DNA of 64,000 nucleotides from an uncultured Candidatus Rokubacteria bacterium (GCA_963758635.1 CAVWWD010000008.1:1088001-1152000); one strand, 5' to 3'; counted from the first letter of the stretch, positions 33,482-45,342 are shown. Notes: generated by a model not told the origin, from the sequence alone. Program-made: numbers and translations.

Positions 33482-33687
33482 CCCGGGGCGGTCGGCGGTG
33501 GTCGTCCACTGCATTTCCATATGCGCTCGCCTCGCCTGCGGCTCGGCTCGCAAATCACACGCGCAACGCTGGGGTCAGACCTCGCGCGAGATCGACCCCA
33601 TGGCGGGGCGTTGCACGAACGACGAGGCCGCAGGGTGCGGGCGGGCGAAGCCCGGGTGCCCGCACCTTGGTAGTAAGATGGCCCAGC

Positions 33688-34387
33688 ATGGCGAGCCGGG
33701 TGCTCATCGTGGAGGACGAGCCCGACATCCGGGATCTTCTCGCGTTCCACCTCGGCCGCGAGGGGTACCAGGTGTGGACGGCGAGCTCGGGCGCCGATGG
33801 GTTCCGCATGGCCGTCCGCGAGCGTCCCGACCTCGTCCTGCTGGACCTGATGCTGCCCGAGCTGGACGGGCTCGAGGTGTGCCGGCGCCTCCGGAGGGAG
33901 CCCGCGACGGCGACCACGCCGGTCATCATGCTCACCGCGAAGGGCGACGAGATCGACCGCGTGGTCGGGCTCGAGATCGGCGCCGACGACTACGTGGCGA
34001 AGCCGTTCTCCCCCAAGGAGCTGCTCGCGCGGGTGCGGGCGGTGCTGCGCCGGGCGCGTCCGGCGACGCCGCAGGCGGAGCCGCTCTCCGCGGGGACGAT
34101 CGCGCTCGATCCCGGCACCTACACGGTGGCGGTGGGCGGCGCCCGCCGTGACCCTCACGCCCAAGGAGTTCGACCTCCTGCGCGCGCTCCTGGACGCCCG
34201 CGGGCGCGTGCTCTCGCGGGAGTTCCTGCTCGACCGCGTCTGGGGCTACGCGCGCGCCGGCGAGATCGAGTCGCGCACCATCAACGTCCACGTGCGCCGG
34301 CTGCGCGCCAAGCTGGGCGACGAGGGGCGGCGCATCCTCACCATCAAGAACGTGGGCTACCGTCTGGAGCCCGAGGCGGCGCCCTGA
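33688..34387 (+). CDS. phoB: PhoB-like OmpR-family response regulator (frameshift near 34145)
   Basis: [32 protein letters not shown] and VGYR motifs; adjacent to phoR. Confidence 0.88.
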
Positions 34388-34406
34388 CCGGGCCCGCCCG
34401 CCGCGC

Positions 34407-36254
34407 ATGCGCCGCCTGATCCACCGCCTCCGCCGCCGCATCGCGATCAAGCTCACGCTCACGCTCGTCATCTTCGTGGCGGTGGTCATCCTCGCCGCCG
34501 GGCTCTACCTGGAGCGGTCCCTCGAGGAGTTCGCGGTGTCCTCGCTGGAGGCGCGGCTGGCCCTGGTCGGGCGCGTCCTCGAGCCCGAGGCGCGGGAGAT
34601 CGTCGCCGGCGGCGCGCCGAGCGCCGGCCTCGCCTTCGTGAGCCGCGTGGCCGCGGCCACGGGCCTCCGCGTCACGCTGATCGCGCCCGACGGCCACGTG
34701 GCCGCGGAGTCGGACCGGCCGATGCAGGCGTGGCCGGCCATCGACAACCATCGGGACCGGCCGGAGGTGGCGGCGGCCCTGGCCGGACGCGTCGGACGCC
34801 ACGTGCGCCGCAGCGCCACGCTCGACCTCCCGCAGCTCTACGTGGCGATGCCGCTCGGCGCGGCCGATCGCGTCGCCGGGGTCCTGCGGCTGTCGCTGCC
34901 GCTCACCGCCGTGACCGACTCGTACGCGCGACTGCGCCAGGTGATGCTCGCCGGCGGCGTCGTGGCCCTGCTCGTCGCCCTCGGCATCGGGCTCTTCGTG
35001 TCGAGCCGGGTCACGCGGCCGGTGGTGGAGATGCAGTCGATCGCGCGCCAGATGAGCGAGGGCAACCTCGGCGTGCGCGCGGCCGTGCGCTCCCCCGACG
35101 AGATCGGCGCGCTCGGACGCTCGCTCAACGTGATGGCGGCACGCCTGCGGGAGAAGATCGACGACCTGGCGCAGGAGCGCGTCAAGGTCACCGGCATCCT
35201 CGACGGCATGGTCGAGGGCGTGATCGCGGTGGACGCCCACGAGCACGTCGTGCTCATGAACGAGCGCGCGCGGGCCATGTTCGGCGTGGCCACCATCCGG
35301 ATCGAGTCCCGGCCGCTCCTCGAGCTGGCGCGGAACGCGGACCTCCACGAGCTGATCCGCGAGGGGCGCGCGGCGCCCGCCGGCAGCGTGGTGCGCCGCG
35401 AGCTGGCCCTCACCGCGCCCGCGGACACCGTGCTCCAGGCCCACGCGGTGCCGCTCCGGCTCGGCCCGGGCGACGCCGGCGCGGTGGTGGTGCTCAACGA
35501 CGTCACCGCGCTCCGCCGGCTCGAGCGCGTGCGCACCGAGTTCATCGCCAACGTCTCCCACGAGCTGCGCACGCCGCTGACCGCCATCCACGGGTACCTG
35601 GAAACCCTGCTCGGCGGCGCCCTCGAGGAGCCGGACAACGCGCGGCGGTTCCTCGAGATCGTGTTCCGGCACACCGAGCGCCTGGGCCGCCTGCTCGACG
35701 ACCTCACCGACCTCTCGAACATCGAGCTGGGCCGGGTCCGGCTGCGCGTCGCGCCGCTCTCCGTCGGCGACGTGGTGGAGTCCACGCTCGCCATCATCCG
35801 CCCGCGGGCCGAGGCCGGCCGCGTCCGGCTCGTGGCCGACGTGCCCGCCGACCTGCCGCTGGTCGAGGCCGACCGCGACCGCCTCGCCCAGATCCTCATC
35901 AACGTGGTGGACAACGCCGTGAAGTACACGCCGCCCGACGGCACGGTGACGGTCGCGGCCGGCGCGGCCCCGGGGCGGGCGGTCGAGGTGACGGTGACCG
36001 ACACCGGCGTCGGCATCCCGCCCGCCGACCTGCCCCGCATCACCGAGCGCTTCTATCGTGTGGACCGTGCCCGCTCGCGCGAGCTGGGCGGCACCGGGCT
36101 CGGCCTCGCCATCGTGAAGCACCTCGTCCTCGCGCACGGCGGGGAGCTGCGCATCGACAGCCGGGTCGGGCAGGGCACCACCGTCGCGTTCACGCTGCCC
36201 GCGGGCGCGGCAACCCCGGCCACGGCGGCGCCCGCCGCGGAGGCCCCGGTGTGA
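34407..36254 (+). CDS. phoR: Phosphate regulon sensor kinase (HAMP-PAS-HisKA-HATPase)
   Basis: DNHRDRPEV, EFIANVSHELRTPLT, NAVKYT and ERFYRVDRARSRELGGTGLGL motifs. Confidence 0.93.
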   Translation: MRRLIHRLRRRIAIKLTLTLVIFVAVVILAAGLYLERSLEEFAVSSLEARLALVGRVLEPEAREIVAGGAPSAGLAFVSRVAAATGLRVTLIAPDGHVAAESDRPMQAWPAIDNHRDRPEVAAALAGRVGRHVRRSATLDLPQLYVAMPLGAADRVAGVLRLSLPLTAVTDSYARLRQVMLAGGVVALLVALGIGLFVSSRVTRPVVEMQSIARQMSEGNLGVRAAVRSPDEIGALGRSLNVMAARLREKIDDLAQERVKVTGILDGMVEGVIAVDAHEHVVLMNERARAMFGVATIRIESRPLLELARNADLHELIREGRAAPAGSVVRRELALTAPADTVLQAHAVPLRLGPGDAGAVVVLNDVTALRRLERVRTEFIANVSHELRTPLTAIHGYLETLLGGALEEPDNARRFLEIVFRHTERLGRLLDDLTDLSNIELGRVRLRVAPLSVGDVVESTLAIIRPRAEAGRVRLVADVPADLPLVEADRDRLAQILINVVDNAVKYTPPDGTVTVAAGAAPGRAVEVTVTDTGVGIPPADLPRITERFYRVDRARSRELGGTGLGLAIVKHLVLAHGGELRIDSRVGQGTTVAFTLPAGAATPATAAPAAEAPV

Positions 36255-36268
36255 GGCACGCATCCGGG

Positions 36269-36364
36269 GGGTGTGAAGAAATGGCGAGACAGCTTCACGT
36301 GCGCACGCAGAAGCGCGGTGCTGGCACGCATGGCGAAGTCGACATCCGCATTCTGTCGCAACCT
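36269..36364 (-). repeat. Repeat family B copy 2 (inverted, more diverged)
   Basis: Reverse complement GGTTGCGACAGAATGCGGATGTCGACTTCGCCATGCGTGCCAGCACCGCGCTTCTGCGTGCGCACG... Confidence 0.8.
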
Positions 36365-36384
36365 CCGAAGGAGGAGGACCGCTC

Positions 36385-37785
36385 GTGACCGGGTACGACT
36401 ACGACATCGTGTGCATTGGAAGCGGCCCCGCCGGCCAGCGCGCGGCGGTGCAGGCGGCCAAGCTCGGCAAGCGAGCGGCGGTGATCGAGCGCATGACCTG
36501 CGTCGGCGGGGTGTGCGTGGAATCGGGCACGATCCCTTCGAAGACCCTGCGGGAGGCCGTGCTGTTCTTCTCGGGGATCGGCGGGCGCTTCGACCGCCGG
36601 CGGGGCACGCGGCCGGACGTGCGCCCGAGCGCCGGCGACCTCCTCGCCCGGGTTGGCGAGGTGGTCTCGCGCGAGATCGAGGTCGTCCAGAACCAGCTCC
36701 GGCGGAACGACGTGGCCCTCCTCCAGGGCGAGGCCTCGTTCGCGGACCCGCACACGCTGCGGATCCAGACGGGACCGGAGTCGTGGACGCGCGTCACCGC
36801 GGACAACGTCGTGGTGGCCTGCGGCACCCGGGCGGCCGCGCCTCCGGGCGGCCCCGCCGACGGCGAGGTGGTGCTGACGAGCGACGACGTGCTGCGCATC
36901 ACCCAGGTCCCGCGGAGCCTGGTCGTGGTGGGGGCGGGGGTGATCGGGATCGAGTACGCCTCGATGTTCGCCGCGCTGGGCGTGAACGTGACGCTGGTGG
37001 AGCGGCGCACGCGCCCGCTCGAGTTCCTCGACGCGGAGATCGTGGACGAGCTGATGCACCAGATGCGCACGCGCAACGTCACGTTCCGGCTCGGCGAGGC
37101 GGTGGAGAACATCGAGGTGGTGGAGGGCCCGCCGCGCCGGGCCGCGCTCCAGCTCGAGTCGGGCAAGCGCATCGTGGCCGACATGGTGCTGTTCTCGGCC
37201 GGGCGCATCGCCGCCACCGCGGCCCTCCATCTCGACGCGGCCGGGCTCCAGGCCGACGACCGCGGCCGCCTGCGCGTGGACGAGAGCTTCCGGACCAGCG
37301 TGCCCCACATCTTCGCGGCCGGCAACGTCATCGGCTACCCGAGCCTGGCCGCGACGTCGTCGGAGCAGGGCCGGCTGGCCGCGTGCCACGCCTTCGGCGT
37401 GGAGGCGCGCCCCATGACCGCGCACTTCCCCATCGGCATCTACGCCATCCCGGAGATCTCGATGGTGGGCGCCACGGAGGGAGAGCTGACGGGACATCGC
37501 GTGCCGTACGAGACCGGCGTGGCCCGCTACCGCGAGATCGCCCGGGGGCAGATCCTGGGCGACGACAGCGGCCTCTTCAAGATGCTCTTCCACCGCGAGG
37601 ACCGGCGGCTCCTGGGCGTCCACATCATCGGCACCAACGCCACGGAGCTGGTCCACATCGGGCAGGCCGTCCTCGGCCTGGGCGGCGGCATGGACTACTT
37701 CCTGCAGAACGTCTTCAACTACCCCACGCTGGCCGAGTGCTACAAGGTGGCGGCCCTGGACGCCTCGAACAAGCTCCGCGCCTGA
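36385..37785 (+). CDS. sthA: Soluble pyridine nucleotide transhydrogenase
   Basis: GSGPAG, GGVCVESGTIPSKTLRE (single-Cys motif), GAGVIGIEYA, GIYAIPEIS and VFNYPTLAECYKVAA motifs. Confidence 0.93.
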   Translation: MTGYDYDIVCIGSGPAGQRAAVQAAKLGKRAAVIERMTCVGGVCVESGTIPSKTLREAVLFFSGIGGRFDRRRGTRPDVRPSAGDLLARVGEVVSREIEVVQNQLRRNDVALLQGEASFADPHTLRIQTGPESWTRVTADNVVVACGTRAAAPPGGPADGEVVLTSDDVLRITQVPRSLVVVGAGVIGIEYASMFAALGVNVTLVERRTRPLEFLDAEIVDELMHQMRTRNVTFRLGEAVENIEVVEGPPRRAALQLESGKRIVADMVLFSAGRIAATAALHLDAAGLQADDRGRLRVDESFRTSVPHIFAAGNVIGYPSLAATSSEQGRLAACHAFGVEARPMTAHFPIGIYAIPEISMVGATEGELTGHRVPYETGVARYREIARGQILGDDSGLFKMLFHREDRRLLGVHIIGTNATELVHIGQAVLGLGGGMDYFLQNVFNYPTLAECYKVAALDASNKLRA

Positions 37786-37795
37786 CGCATGATCA

Positions 37796-37830
37796 CCTCT
37801 CCCCTCCGGGGAGAGGGATAGGGTGAGGGG
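37796..37830. repeat. REP-like palindrome
   Basis: CCTCTCCCC-TCC-GGGGAGAGG followed by GGGTGAGGGG, a common extragenic palindrome type. Confidence 0.65.
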
Positions 37831-37875
37831 CGGTCGCACGACCGCCCCGCGACGAACGTCCCGGCCCGCTCACGA

Positions 37876-37913
37876 TTCACCGAAGGTTTACCCCGACGTC
37901 ATCACGCCGTAAC
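37876..37913 (+). promoter_or_regulatory. Pho-box-like array upstream of second phoB
   Basis: TTCAC (37876), TTTAC (37887), GTCAT (37898) and GTAAC (37909) at exact 11-bp spacing. Confidence 0.7.
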
Positions 37914-37938
37914 CAGACGCCTCGACACTGGCCCCGTC

Positions 37939-38694
37939 ATGGCGATCAGAGAGGTGAGTCACCCGGACGGGCGGGCACAGGCCGAGGCGGGCCGCAAGCG
38001 CGCGGGCCGCATCCTCGTGGTGGAGGACGAGCAGGACGTGGCCGAGCTGATCCGCTATCACCTGGACCGCGACGGCTACGACGTGACGGTGACGGCGAGC
38101 GGCGCGGACGCGCTGGCCCGGGCCCGTGAGGCGCCGCCCGAGCTGATCCTCCTGGACGTGATGGTGCCGCAGCTGAACGGCTGGGAGGTGTGCCGCCGCC
38201 TCAAGCAGGATCCCCACACGCGCCGCATCCCCATCATCATGGTCACCGGCCGCGCCGAGGAAGGCGACAAGGTCCTCGGCTTCGAGCTGGGCGCCGACGA
38301 CTACGTGACCAAGCCGTTCTCCCCCCGGGAGCTGCTCGCGCGCGTGCGGGCGGTCATGCGGCGTGGCCGGCTGCCGGAGACGCGCCGCAGCCAGCTCAGC
38401 GCCGGCGACATCGAGATCGATCGCGACCGGTTCGAGGTGCGCATGAAGGGCCGGGCCGTCGACCTCACGCCCAAGGAGTTCGAGCTCCTCGCCACGCTCG
38501 TCGCCACGCCCGGCCGCGTCTTCGGCCGCGAGGAGCTGCTCGACGCCGTGTGGGGCCGTGACGGCTTCGTCGAGCCCCGCACCGTGGACGTCCACATGGC
38601 GCGCCTGCGCAGCAAGTTCATCCTCGCCCGCCTGCCCGAGCCCGGTGTGGAGACCGTGCGCGGCGTGGGCTACCGCTTCAAGGACGCCCGTTAA
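37939..38694 (+). CDS. phoB: Second PhoB-like response regulator
   Basis: [34 protein letters not shown] and [10 protein letters not shown] motifs. Confidence 0.88.
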   Translation: MAIREVSHPDGRAQAEAGRKRAGRILVVEDEQDVAELIRYHLDRDGYDVTVTASGADALARAREAPPELILLDVMVPQLNGWEVCRRLKQDPHTRRIPIIMVTGRAEEGDKVLGFELGADDYVTKPFSPRELLARVRAVMRRGRLPETRRSQLSAGDIEIDRDRFEVRMKGRAVDLTPKEFELLATLVATPGRVFGREELLDAVWGRDGFVEPRTVDVHMARLRSKFILARLPEPGVETVRGVGYRFKDAR

Positions 38695-38728
38695 CACACT
38701 TGTAACGTGGCCGCCGCGCCCCCGAAAC
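38690..38728 (+). promoter_or_regulatory. Pho-box-like repeats upstream of pstS
   Basis: TTAAC (38691), GTAAC (38702) and GAAAC (38724) in 11-bp register. Confidence 0.6.
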
Positions 38729-38773
38729 CTCCCGGCGTCACCATGCGCGACACACCGACAAGGAGAACGAGAG

Positions 38774-39752
38774 ATGAGAACGGGAAAGATCGTGGTCGCC
38801 GCCCTGGGCGTGGTCGCCCTCCTCGCGGCGTACGCGGCGGCCAGCGGGCCGCCGAAGCTCGACGCCGCGCTGGCCGGCTACAAGGCGGTGAGCGGCGTCA
38901 GCGGCAACCTCTCCAGCATCGGATCCGACTCGCTGAACAACGTCATGACGCTCTGGGCGGAGTCGTTCAGCCGCTTCTACCCGAACGCCAAGATCCAGAT
39001 CGAGGGGAAGGGATCCTCCACCGCGCCGCCCGCCCTCATCGCCGGCACCGCCCAGCTCGGGCCGATGTCGAGGGAGATGAAGGCGAGCGAGGTCGACGGG
39101 TTCGAGAAGAAGTACGGCTACAAGCCCACGCCGATCCGCACGTCGGTGGACGCGCTCGCGGTGTTCGTGAACAAGGACAACCCCATCAAGTGCCTGACGA
39201 TCGCCCAGGCCGACGCGATCTTCTCGAAGTCTCGCCGCCACGGCTCCAAGGAGGACATCCGGACCTGGGGCCAGCTCGGGCTGACCGGCGAGTGGGCGTC
39301 CCGTCCGATCAGCCTGTTCGGCCGGAACTCCGCCTCCGGGACGTACGGGTTCTTCAAGGAGCACACGCTGAAGAACGGTGACTTCAAGGACGAGGTGAAG
39401 GAGCAGCCCGGCTCCGCCTCGGTGGTGCAGGGCATCACCGTGGATCGCTTCGCGATGGGCTACAGCGGCATCGGCTACGCCACGGCGGGCGTCCGCGCCG
39501 TCCCGCTGGCCGAGAAGGAAGGCGCGAAGTGCTACGAGGCGGACGCGGACAACGCCTACGCGGGGACGCTATCCGCTGGCCCGGTTCCTCTTCGTCTACC
39601 TGAACAAGGCCCCGGGCAAGACCCTGGATCCGCTCACCCGCGAGTTCGTCAAGCTGATGCTCTCGAAGGAAGGCCAGGAGGTGGTCATCAAGGACGGCTA
39701 CTTCCCCGTCACGGCCGGCATCGCGAAGGAAGAGCTGAACAAGGTGCAGTAG
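38774..39752 (+). CDS. pstS: Phosphate ABC substrate-binding protein (frameshift near 39570)
   Basis: [33 protein letters not shown] and GYSGIGY motifs; shifted tail [19 protein letters not shown]. Confidence 0.95.
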
Positions 39753-42038
39753 TTGGCGATCCGCGCAGACACCCTCCGGGCGGGCCGGCCCTCGCCGGTC
39801 CGCCCCCTCGCCGTCTCTCCCGCACGCACCGCCCGCCGCATCACCATGGATCGCTGGGCTTCACGCCTGGTCGTGGCCGGCGGCGTCGTGATCATCGCGT
39901 CCATCCTGGCCATCCTGCTGGTGATCCTCACCGAGGTGTACCCGCTCTTCCGCAGCAGCACGGCGACGTTCATCGACACGCGGCGCGCCGGGCGCGCGGC
40001 GGGCGCCCCGGCTCCCGGCGGCGCGGCAGGCGTGGACGAGTACCGCGAGCTGGCCTACGCGGTCTCCGGGGCGGGCGCGCTGGAGTTCACGGCGCTCCGG
40101 GAGCGGCCGACGCCGGCCGCCGTGCCTGTCCCGGGACTCGGCGGCGCCCACGTGACGACGGTCGCGGGGCCGGGCACCGGACGCCATCTGATCGGCACCA
40201 GCGACGGCCGCGCGATCCCCCTCGACATGAAGTTCGACGTTGCTTTCCCGGAAGGCCGCCGGACGGTGACCGCCGCCCCCGCCTTCGGCGAGCCCGTGAC
40301 GCTCGACGCGCAGGGCGCGGAGGTTCGCCGCCTCACCTTCGCCACGCCGGGCTCGGGAACGGTGACGGTGGCGCAGGTGGGACCGAGCGCCCTGTCCGTG
40401 CATTCGGTGGTGGAGCGGAAGGCCCTGATCGGGGGAGCGCGGCGGGAGGAGTCGCTCCGGGCCCTCCCCGTGGCGATCGACGGCGAGATCACCGCGATCG
40501 CCCTCGACGGCCGCGGCGACGACCTCTTCGTGGGCACCTCGCGCGGTCGGGTGGTGCGCTACGACATGCGCGCCCCCGACAACCCGGCGGTCATGGACAC
40601 GGCGCCGGTCGCCACGACCCCGGACACCGCGGTCACGGCCCTCGGCTTCCTGCTGGGCGACCGGACGCTCGTCGTCGGCGACTCGCGGGGCGGCGTCTCG
40701 AGCTGGCAGGTGGTGCCGCCGCCCGAGGGCGGGGAGCGCCACCTGACCCGGATCCACGAGTTCTCGCGCCACGCGAGCCCGGTGGTCGCGATCGCCGCCT
40801 CGCGCCGCGACAAGGGCTTCGTCACCGCCGACGCCTCCGGCCAGGTACAGGTCCACTACGGCACGACGGGCAAGACGCTCCTGTCTCCGCGCGCCCCCGC
40901 CGGCGACCTGCGCGCCATCGTCTTCGCGCCGAAGGCCGACGGGCTCCTGACCGTGGACGGGGTCGGGGTGTGGTCGCACTGGCGCGTGGACAACCCACAT
41001 CCGGAGTTCTCGCTCGGCACCGTCTTCGGCAAGGTGTGGTACGAGGGGTACGCGAAGCCCGCCCACGTCTGGCAGTCGACCGGCGGCACCGACGACTTCG
41101 AGGCGAAGCTGAGCCTCACGCCGCTCATCTTCGGGACGCTCAAGGGCACGTTCTACGCCCTCCTCTTCGCCGTCCCGCTGGCGCTCCTCTCCGCCGTGTA
41201 CGTGAGCGAGTTCATGCACCCGGTGGTGAAGGGCTACGTGAAGCCGGTGGTCGAGATCATGGCCGCCCTGCCCAGCGTGGTGCTGGGCTTCCTGGCCGGG
41301 CTGTGGCTGGCGCCCATGATCGAGCGCATCGTGCCCGGGCTGTTCCTGCTGCCCGTGGTGCTGACCGTGAGCATCCTCGCCGCCTACGCGGCCTGGCAGG
41401 TCGTTCCCCGGGCCGTCCGGCAGCGCTTCCGGACGGGCACGGAGGTGCTGCTGCTCGTCCCCGTCGTGGTCGGCGCGGCCTGGGTCGCCTTCGGCCTCGG
41501 CGGGCTGGTCGAGGCCACGCTGCTCGGCGGGAGCTACCGCGGCTGGCTCCTCGCCGCGCTCGGCCTCACCTACGACCAGCGGAACTCGCTCGTCGTCGGC
41601 ATCGCCATGGGCTTCGCGGTCATCCCGATCATCTTCACGATCGCCGAGGACTCGCTGGCCAACGTGCCCCAGCACCTGCGCGCGGGCTCGCTCGCCCTGG
41701 GGGCGAACCGGTGGCAGACCGCCATCCGGATCGTGCTGCCCACCGCGAGCCCGGGGATCTTCTCGGCGGTCATGATCGGCTTCGGGCGCGCCGTGGGCGA
41801 GACCATGATCGTCCTCATGGCCACCGGCAACACGCCGGTGATGGACTGGAGCATCTTCAACGGGTTCCGCGCGCTGTCCGCCAACGTGGCGGTGGAGCTG
41901 CCCGAGGCGCCGGAGGGCGGCACGCTCTTCCGGGTGCTCTTCCTCGCCGCCTTCCTCCTCTTCTGCCTCACGTTCGCCGTGAACACCGTGGCCGAGGTGG
42001 TGCGCCTCCGCCTACGGCGGAGGTACCGCTACCTGTGA
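39753..42038 (+). CDS. pstC: Long-form phosphate ABC permease with periplasmic beta-propeller-like domain
   Basis: [29 protein letters not shown] and [16 protein letters not shown] motifs; WD40-like repeats in the N-terminal half. Confidence 0.92.
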   Translation: MAIRADTLRAGRPSPVRPLAVSPARTARRITMDRWASRLVVAGGVVIIASILAILLVILTEVYPLFRSSTATFIDTRRAGRAAGAPAPGGAAGVDEYRELAYAVSGAGALEFTALRERPTPAAVPVPGLGGAHVTTVAGPGTGRHLIGTSDGRAIPLDMKFDVAFPEGRRTVTAAPAFGEPVTLDAQGAEVRRLTFATPGSGTVTVAQVGPSALSVHSVVERKALIGGARREESLRALPVAIDGEITAIALDGRGDDLFVGTSRGRVVRYDMRAPDNPAVMDTAPVATTPDTAVTALGFLLGDRTLVVGDSRGGVSSWQVVPPPEGGERHLTRIHEFSRHASPVVAIAASRRDKGFVTADASGQVQVHYGTTGKTLLSPRAPAGDLRAIVFAPKADGLLTVDGVGVWSHWRVDNPHPEFSLGTVFGKVWYEGYAKPAHVWQSTGGTDDFEAKLSLTPLIFGTLKGTFYALLFAVPLALLSAVYVSEFMHPVVKGYVKPVVEIMAALPSVVLGFLAGLWLAPMIERIVPGLFLLPVVLTVSILAAYAAWQVVPRAVRQRFRTGTEVLLLVPVVVGAAWVAFGLGGLVEATLLGGSYRGWLLAALGLTYDQRNSLVVGIAMGFAVIPIIFTIAEDSLANVPQHLRAGSLALGANRWQTAIRIVLPTASPGIFSAVMIGFGRAVGETMIVLMATGNTPVMDWSIFNGFRALSANVAVELPEAPEGGTLFRVLFLAAFLLFCLTFAVNTVAEVVRLRLRRRYRYL

Positions 42039-42048
42039 GCATCACCGC

Positions 42049-43662
42049 ATGAGCTCCAAGGCGCGGCGGATCCTCCGGACGGGCGAGCCCTTCATCTGGC
42101 TCACGGGCGGCGCGCTCACCGTGTCGCTGCTGCTCGTGGCCGGGCTCATCGGGCTCATCCTGGTCAACGGCCTCGGGTTCTTCTGGCCGAGAGCGGTGAC
42201 GCGCCTGACGCTGTCGGACGGGCGCGTGATGACGGGCCAGCTCGTGGACCGGGAGCCGCGGCCCGACCGGCCGGGAGAGCATCGCATCAAGCTCAAGGTG
42301 GCGAACCGCGACCTCTACGGCGCGGACTTCCAGTGGGTGGACGAGCAGCTGATCACGCGCCGCGAGCACCCCGCCGGCGTGGCCGTCGTGGAGCGCACGG
42401 AGTGGGGGCTCCTCATCGGCACCATCAAGGAGGTCCGCGACGGCGACCGCGTGGTGGCGGCGGGCGGCGAGGCGGGCTGGCGGGAGATCGAGCGGCGACT
42501 GCCCGAGGCTCGCCGGCTCCGCGCCGAGATCCGCGGCGTGGAGACCCGCGACATCGGCAACATCAACCACGCGCAGGAGAAGATCCGCCTGCGCCTGAAG
42601 GGCCTCGAGCGACAGGGGGTCACCGCCGGGCCCGAGGTGGACGCGCTCCGGCGCGAGACGGCAAACCTCCAGGCGCGCTACGCCGAGCAGGCGGCCCGGC
42701 TCGCCCGGCTCCGCGAGGGGCAGGGGGGCACCGTGCTCGTCGCGGCCGACGCGGGCAAGGACAAGGCGCTGCCGCTCGCCCAGGTGGTGGACGTGTACTT
42801 CCCGAACCAGATGGGCCTCCTCGCGAAGTCCGCCCATTACGCGCACCGGGTCTGGGAGTTCGTGTCCGCCGAGCCCCGGGAGTCGAACACCGAGGGCGGC
42901 GTGTTCCCCGCCATCTTCGGCACCGTGATGATGGTGGTGATCATGAGCCTCCTGGTCACCCCGCTCGGCGTCCTCGCCGCCTTCTACCTGCGCGAGTACG
43001 CGAAGCAGGGGGCCTTCGTGAGTGCGGTGCGCATCGCGGTCAACAACCTGGCCGGGGTGCCGTCCATCGTGTTCGGGGTGTTCGGCGTGGGATTCTTCAT
43101 CTATCTCGTGGGCGGCTCCATCGACCGCCTGTTCTACGCCGACGCCCTGCCCACGCCGACGTTCGGCACCGGCGGCATTCTCTGGGCCTCGCTGACCCTG
43201 GCGCTGCTCACCGTGCCGGTGGTGATCGTGGCCACCGAGGAAGGGCTGGCCGCCATCCCGCGGGGCGTCCGCGAGGCGTCGCTCGCGCTCTCCGCCACCA
43301 AGCTCGAGACCACGCTCCGCGTGGTCCTGCCCGCCGTCATGCCCTCGATCCTCACCGGCCTCATCCTCGCGATGGCGCGGGCGGCGGGGGAGGTGGCCCC
43401 GCTCATGATCACCGGGGTCGTGAAGCTCGCCCCCGCCCTGCCGGTGGACGGCTTCTGGCCGTTCGTGCACCTGGACCGCAAGTTCATGCACCTGGGCTTC
43501 CACATCTACGACGTGGGCTTCCAGTCCCCGAACGTGGACGCGGCGCGACCCATGGTGTTCGCCACCACGCTGCTGCTCCTCGTCATCGTGGTCTGCCTGA
43601 ACTTTTTCGCCATCGGCATGCGCAACCGGCTGCGCCGGCGGTATGCCACCTCGGCGGTGTGA
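42049..43662 (+). CDS. pstA: Long-form phosphate ABC permease with coiled-coil insertion
   Basis: [32 protein letters not shown] and [10 protein letters not shown] motifs. Confidence 0.94.
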   Translation: MSSKARRILRTGEPFIWLTGGALTVSLLLVAGLIGLILVNGLGFFWPRAVTRLTLSDGRVMTGQLVDREPRPDRPGEHRIKLKVANRDLYGADFQWVDEQLITRREHPAGVAVVERTEWGLLIGTIKEVRDGDRVVAAGGEAGWREIERRLPEARRLRAEIRGVETRDIGNINHAQEKIRLRLKGLERQGVTAGPEVDALRRETANLQARYAEQAARLARLREGQGGTVLVAADAGKDKALPLAQVVDVYFPNQMGLLAKSAHYAHRVWEFVSAEPRESNTEGGVFPAIFGTVMMVVIMSLLVTPLGVLAAFYLREYAKQGAFVSAVRIAVNNLAGVPSIVFGVFGVGFFIYLVGGSIDRLFYADALPTPTFGTGGILWASLTLALLTVPVVIVATEEGLAAIPRGVREASLALSATKLETTLRVVLPAVMPSILTGLILAMARAAGEVAPLMITGVVKLAPALPVDGFWPFVHLDRKFMHLGFHIYDVGFQSPNVDAARPMVFATTLLLLVIVVCLNFFAIGMRNRLRRRYATSAV

Positions 43663-43774
43663 GCGATGGCGCCTTTTTCGGTTTGCGGCGAGACGGCGAT
43701 ACGTAGTGGTCGCGGACGCGCGATGTCACCATCCGTGATGACATCGACAGCTGGGTGAGGGGGAAAACATACAA

Positions 43775-44593
43775 ATGGTCACACGGGTCGGGATCGCCGC
43801 GGACCTCAATCCGCGGGCGGAGGCCGCGGACATCGTGGAGAGCCCCATGGTCGAGATCGAGCGCCTGTCCTTCTTCTACGGGGACAAGCCGGCGCTCCGG
43901 GACGTCTCCATGTCGATCGCCAAGCACCGCGTGACCGCCTACATCGGGCCCTCGGGCTGCGGCAAGTCCACGCTCCTCCGGTGCATCAACCGGATGAACG
44001 ACCTCGTGGACGGCGTGCGCATCACGGGCACCGTCCGCATCGGCGGCACCGACGTCTACGACCGCGCCCAGGACGTCACGGAGCTGCGCAAGCGCGTGGG
44101 CATGGTCTTCCAGAAGTCGAACCCGTTCCCCAAGACCATCTTCGAGAACGTCGCCTACGGCCCGCGCATCCTCGGGGTGCGGGGGCGGAGCGACCTCGAG
44201 GGCATCGTGGAGCGCAGCCTCCGCGCCGCCGCCCTCTGGGACGAGGTGCACGACCGGCTGCACGAGAGCGCGCTCGGCCTGTCCGGCGGCCAGCAGCAGC
44301 GGCTCTGCATCGCCCGCGCCATCGCGGTGGAGCCCGACGTGCTCCTCATGGACGAGCCGTGCTCGGCGCTGGACCCCATCGCCACCGCGCGCATCGAGGA
44401 GCTGATGCTGGAGCTGAAGTCGAGCTACACGATCGTGATCGTGACCCACAACATGCAGCAGGCCGCGCGGGTGTCGGACTACACGGGGTTCATGCTCCTC
44501 GGCGAGCTCGTGGAGGCCGGCGTCACGCGCGAGCTGTTCACGAACCCCCGGGACCGGCGCACCGAGGACTACATCACCGGGCGGTTCGGATGA
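43775..44593 (+). CDS. pstB: Phosphate ABC ATPase
   Basis: [33 protein letters not shown] and YITGRFG motifs. Confidence 0.97.
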   Translation: MVTRVGIAADLNPRAEAADIVESPMVEIERLSFFYGDKPALRDVSMSIAKHRVTAYIGPSGCGKSTLLRCINRMNDLVDGVRITGTVRIGGTDVYDRAQDVTELRKRVGMVFQKSNPFPKTIFENVAYGPRILGVRGRSDLEGIVERSLRAAALWDEVHDRLHESALGLSGGQQQRLCIARAIAVEPDVLLMDEPCSALDPIATARIEELMLELKSSYTIVIVTHNMQQAARVSDYTGFMLLGELVEAGVTRELFTNPRDRRTEDYITGRFG

Positions 44594-44596
44594 CCA

Positions 44597-44648
44597 GCCT
44601 CAGCGCACAAGGCGAATGCCGAGCGGTAGGACTGTAGGGTCCCGTGAC
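44597..44648 (+). repeat. Repeat family C copy 2
   Basis: GCCTCAGCGCA...ATGCCGAGCGGTAGGACTGTAG..CCCGTG matches 13910..13960. Confidence 0.75.
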
Positions 44649-44685
44649 CGCGACCGCCTGGTGACGCGACTGACGAGGAGACGAG

Positions 44686-45342
44686 ATGACACGGCACTTC
44701 CACGAGGAGCTCGACAGCCTGAAGCAGACGCTGCTCGCCATGGGCGGGCTCGTCGAGGACCAGATCCGCCGCGTGATGCGGGCGCTGCTCGAGCGCGACG
44801 ACGCGCTGGCCCGCGACGTCATCGAGCGCGACCACCAGGTGAACGTCTACGACGTGGAGGTGGACGAGAAGTGCGTGGAGCTGCTCGCGCTCTACCAGCC
44901 CGCGGCGGGCGACCTGCGCTTCATCACCACCGCGATGAAGATCGTCACCGACCTCGAGCGCATCGGCGACCAGGCGGTGAACATCGCCCAGCGGGCGCTC
45001 GAGCTGCACCAGGAGCCCCAGCTCAAGCCCTACGTGGACATGCCGCGCATGGCTGAGCGCGCCCAGCGCATGGTGAAGGAGAGCCTGGACGCCTTCGTGG
45101 CCCGCGACACCGCGCTCGCCCGCCAGGTGTGCGGCGAGGACGCGGAGGTGGACGCGCTGAAGGAGCAGATCTTCCGGGAGCTCCTCACGTTCATGATGGC
45201 CGACCCGCGCACGATCCCCCGCGCCATGCGGCTGATCCTCATCTCGCGCTTCCTCGAGCGGGTGGCCGACCACGCCACCAACATCGCCGAGATGGTGATC
45301 TACCTCGTCGACGGCAAGATGGTCCGCCACACCCTTGCATGA
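44686..45342 (+). CDS. phoU: Phosphate signalling protein PhoU
   Basis: QPAAGDLR, DLERIGD and LERVADHATNIAE motifs. Confidence 0.97.
   Translation: MTRHFHEELDSLKQTLLAMGGLVEDQIRRVMRALLERDDALARDVIERDHQVNVYDVEVDEKCVELLALYQPAAGDLRFITTAMKIVTDLERIGDQAVNIAQRALELHQEPQLKPYVDMPRMAERAQRMVKESLDAFVARDTALARQVCGEDAEVDALKEQIFRELLTFMMADPRTIPRAMRLILISRFLERVADHATNIAEMVIYLVDGKMVRHTLA

Noticed and set aside
38558..42052. 1164-aa ORF starting with PstS
   Set aside because: After the frameshift near 39570 it is an Arg/Gly/Pro-rich shadow frame of pstC.
43721..43746. Inverted repeat CGATGTCA...TGACATCG before pstB as a separate operator
   Set aside because: It is a single instance and could be a Pho half-site or an mRNA hairpin, so there is not enough support.
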